In this document: positions 37,506 to 38,039 of the stretch, one piece after another
Numbering within the stretch: position 1 is the first letter of the stretch
Layout of the letters: each line of letters opens with the position of its first letter
Source: Octopus bimaculoides
Lineage: Eukaryota
Assembly (NCBI RefSeq): GCF_001194135.2
Contig: NC_068983.1
Location: forward strand, 116,819,223 to 116,857,261
Length of the DNA stretch: 38,039 nt
Direction of reading: 5' to 3'
Position numbers and translations under genes: made by a program
The notes under the pieces: generated by a model
Seen by the model: the letters and a program-made list of their open reading frames with translations, nothing else
Told to the model about the DNA's origin: nothing
Database searches by the model: none

Positions 37506-37613
37506 GAAATATCCTCAATTTGTGTCTGCTTACACTGGTTTGGGACAATGCTATATGAACCTGGAGAATTATACAAAAGCAGAGTATTATTATCAAATAG
37601 CTACGAATATCAG
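37506..37613 (+). CDS. TMTC4: TMTC4-like internal exon E (108 nt, second TPR)
   Basis: Acceptor tttattgtAG and donor AG|GTaacc. Phase 2 joins exon D (AG|G = Arg). Translates KYPQFVSAYTGLGQCYMNLENYTKAEYYYQIATNI, a TPR pattern colinear with TMTC4 LNPKYVHAMNNLGNILKERNELQEAEELLSLAVQI. Confidence 0.85.
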
Positions 37614-38007
37614 GTAACCAATTTCCATAACCTTTGAAAATAAATGGATTAGATAGCATCATAATGCATATGGTATCTTAATTCACACACACATACAGTA
37701 ACAAAGACTGCATAGCGCATTAAGTCTTACGATGACATGCAGTGTTTATACAATGGTAATACAAAGTAACGGATGTTAATTGACTGGACATAAAATATTT
37801 TGAGAATATACATATTAAACGGAAAGAAATGTAATCAAATGCATACATACATTCAGACATACATATAAACATACATACATACATACATACATACATGTTT
37901 CTCTCTTCATACATATGTATACATATGCATATGTAATATATATATATATATTGCATATATATTTCTTTCTTTATATTTATATATGCATATATATGTATGT
38001 ATGTATA

Positions 38008-38039
<32 letters not shown>

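Overview
This is eukaryotic, AT-rich, microsatellite-dense scaffold DNA with four N-gaps. The SINE families and repeat landscape suggest an octopus/coleoid cephalopod, which is an inference from recognised repeats rather than a database search. The window lies wholly inside one + strand gene, a TMTC4-like ER protein O-mannosyltransferase. Five internal exons (948-1125, 13894-13950, 21505-21576, 32048-32127, 37506-37613) splice in frame with GT-AG junctions. They encode the last membrane segments and the first TPR repeats: (R)KISLSLIFWIVPFTPASNMFFRVGFVIAERNLYLPSLGFCIAISLGFCILRESHPHRSQ/ILKTAAVCLTFVFIVRSHQ/RNKDWLDGKRLFHSGLKVCPNNAK/LYFNIAVGYLHHKEYKSAKNYFSETVR/KYPQFVSAYTGLGQCYMNLENYTKAEYYYQIATNI. 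The other ~98.7% is intron, filled with decayed mobile elements: a Tc1 transposase, a Buster-type hAT, three R4/Dong-like LINE pieces, a Tx1-like piece, Penelope-like remnants, a mini-Helitron, a MITE with an 8-bp TSD and three SINE families. The most notable signals missed by the ORF track are two antisense minimal hammerhead-ribozyme motifs, a MITE carrying (TTAGGG)5, a LINE sitting inside a TAA microsatellite, a 357-bp Helitron derivative and the divergence of the TMTC4 TPRs. I found no evidence of a prokaryotic-type system (no CRISPR array, operon or defence locus). Most ORF-track entries are artefacts of microsatellites or N-gaps.
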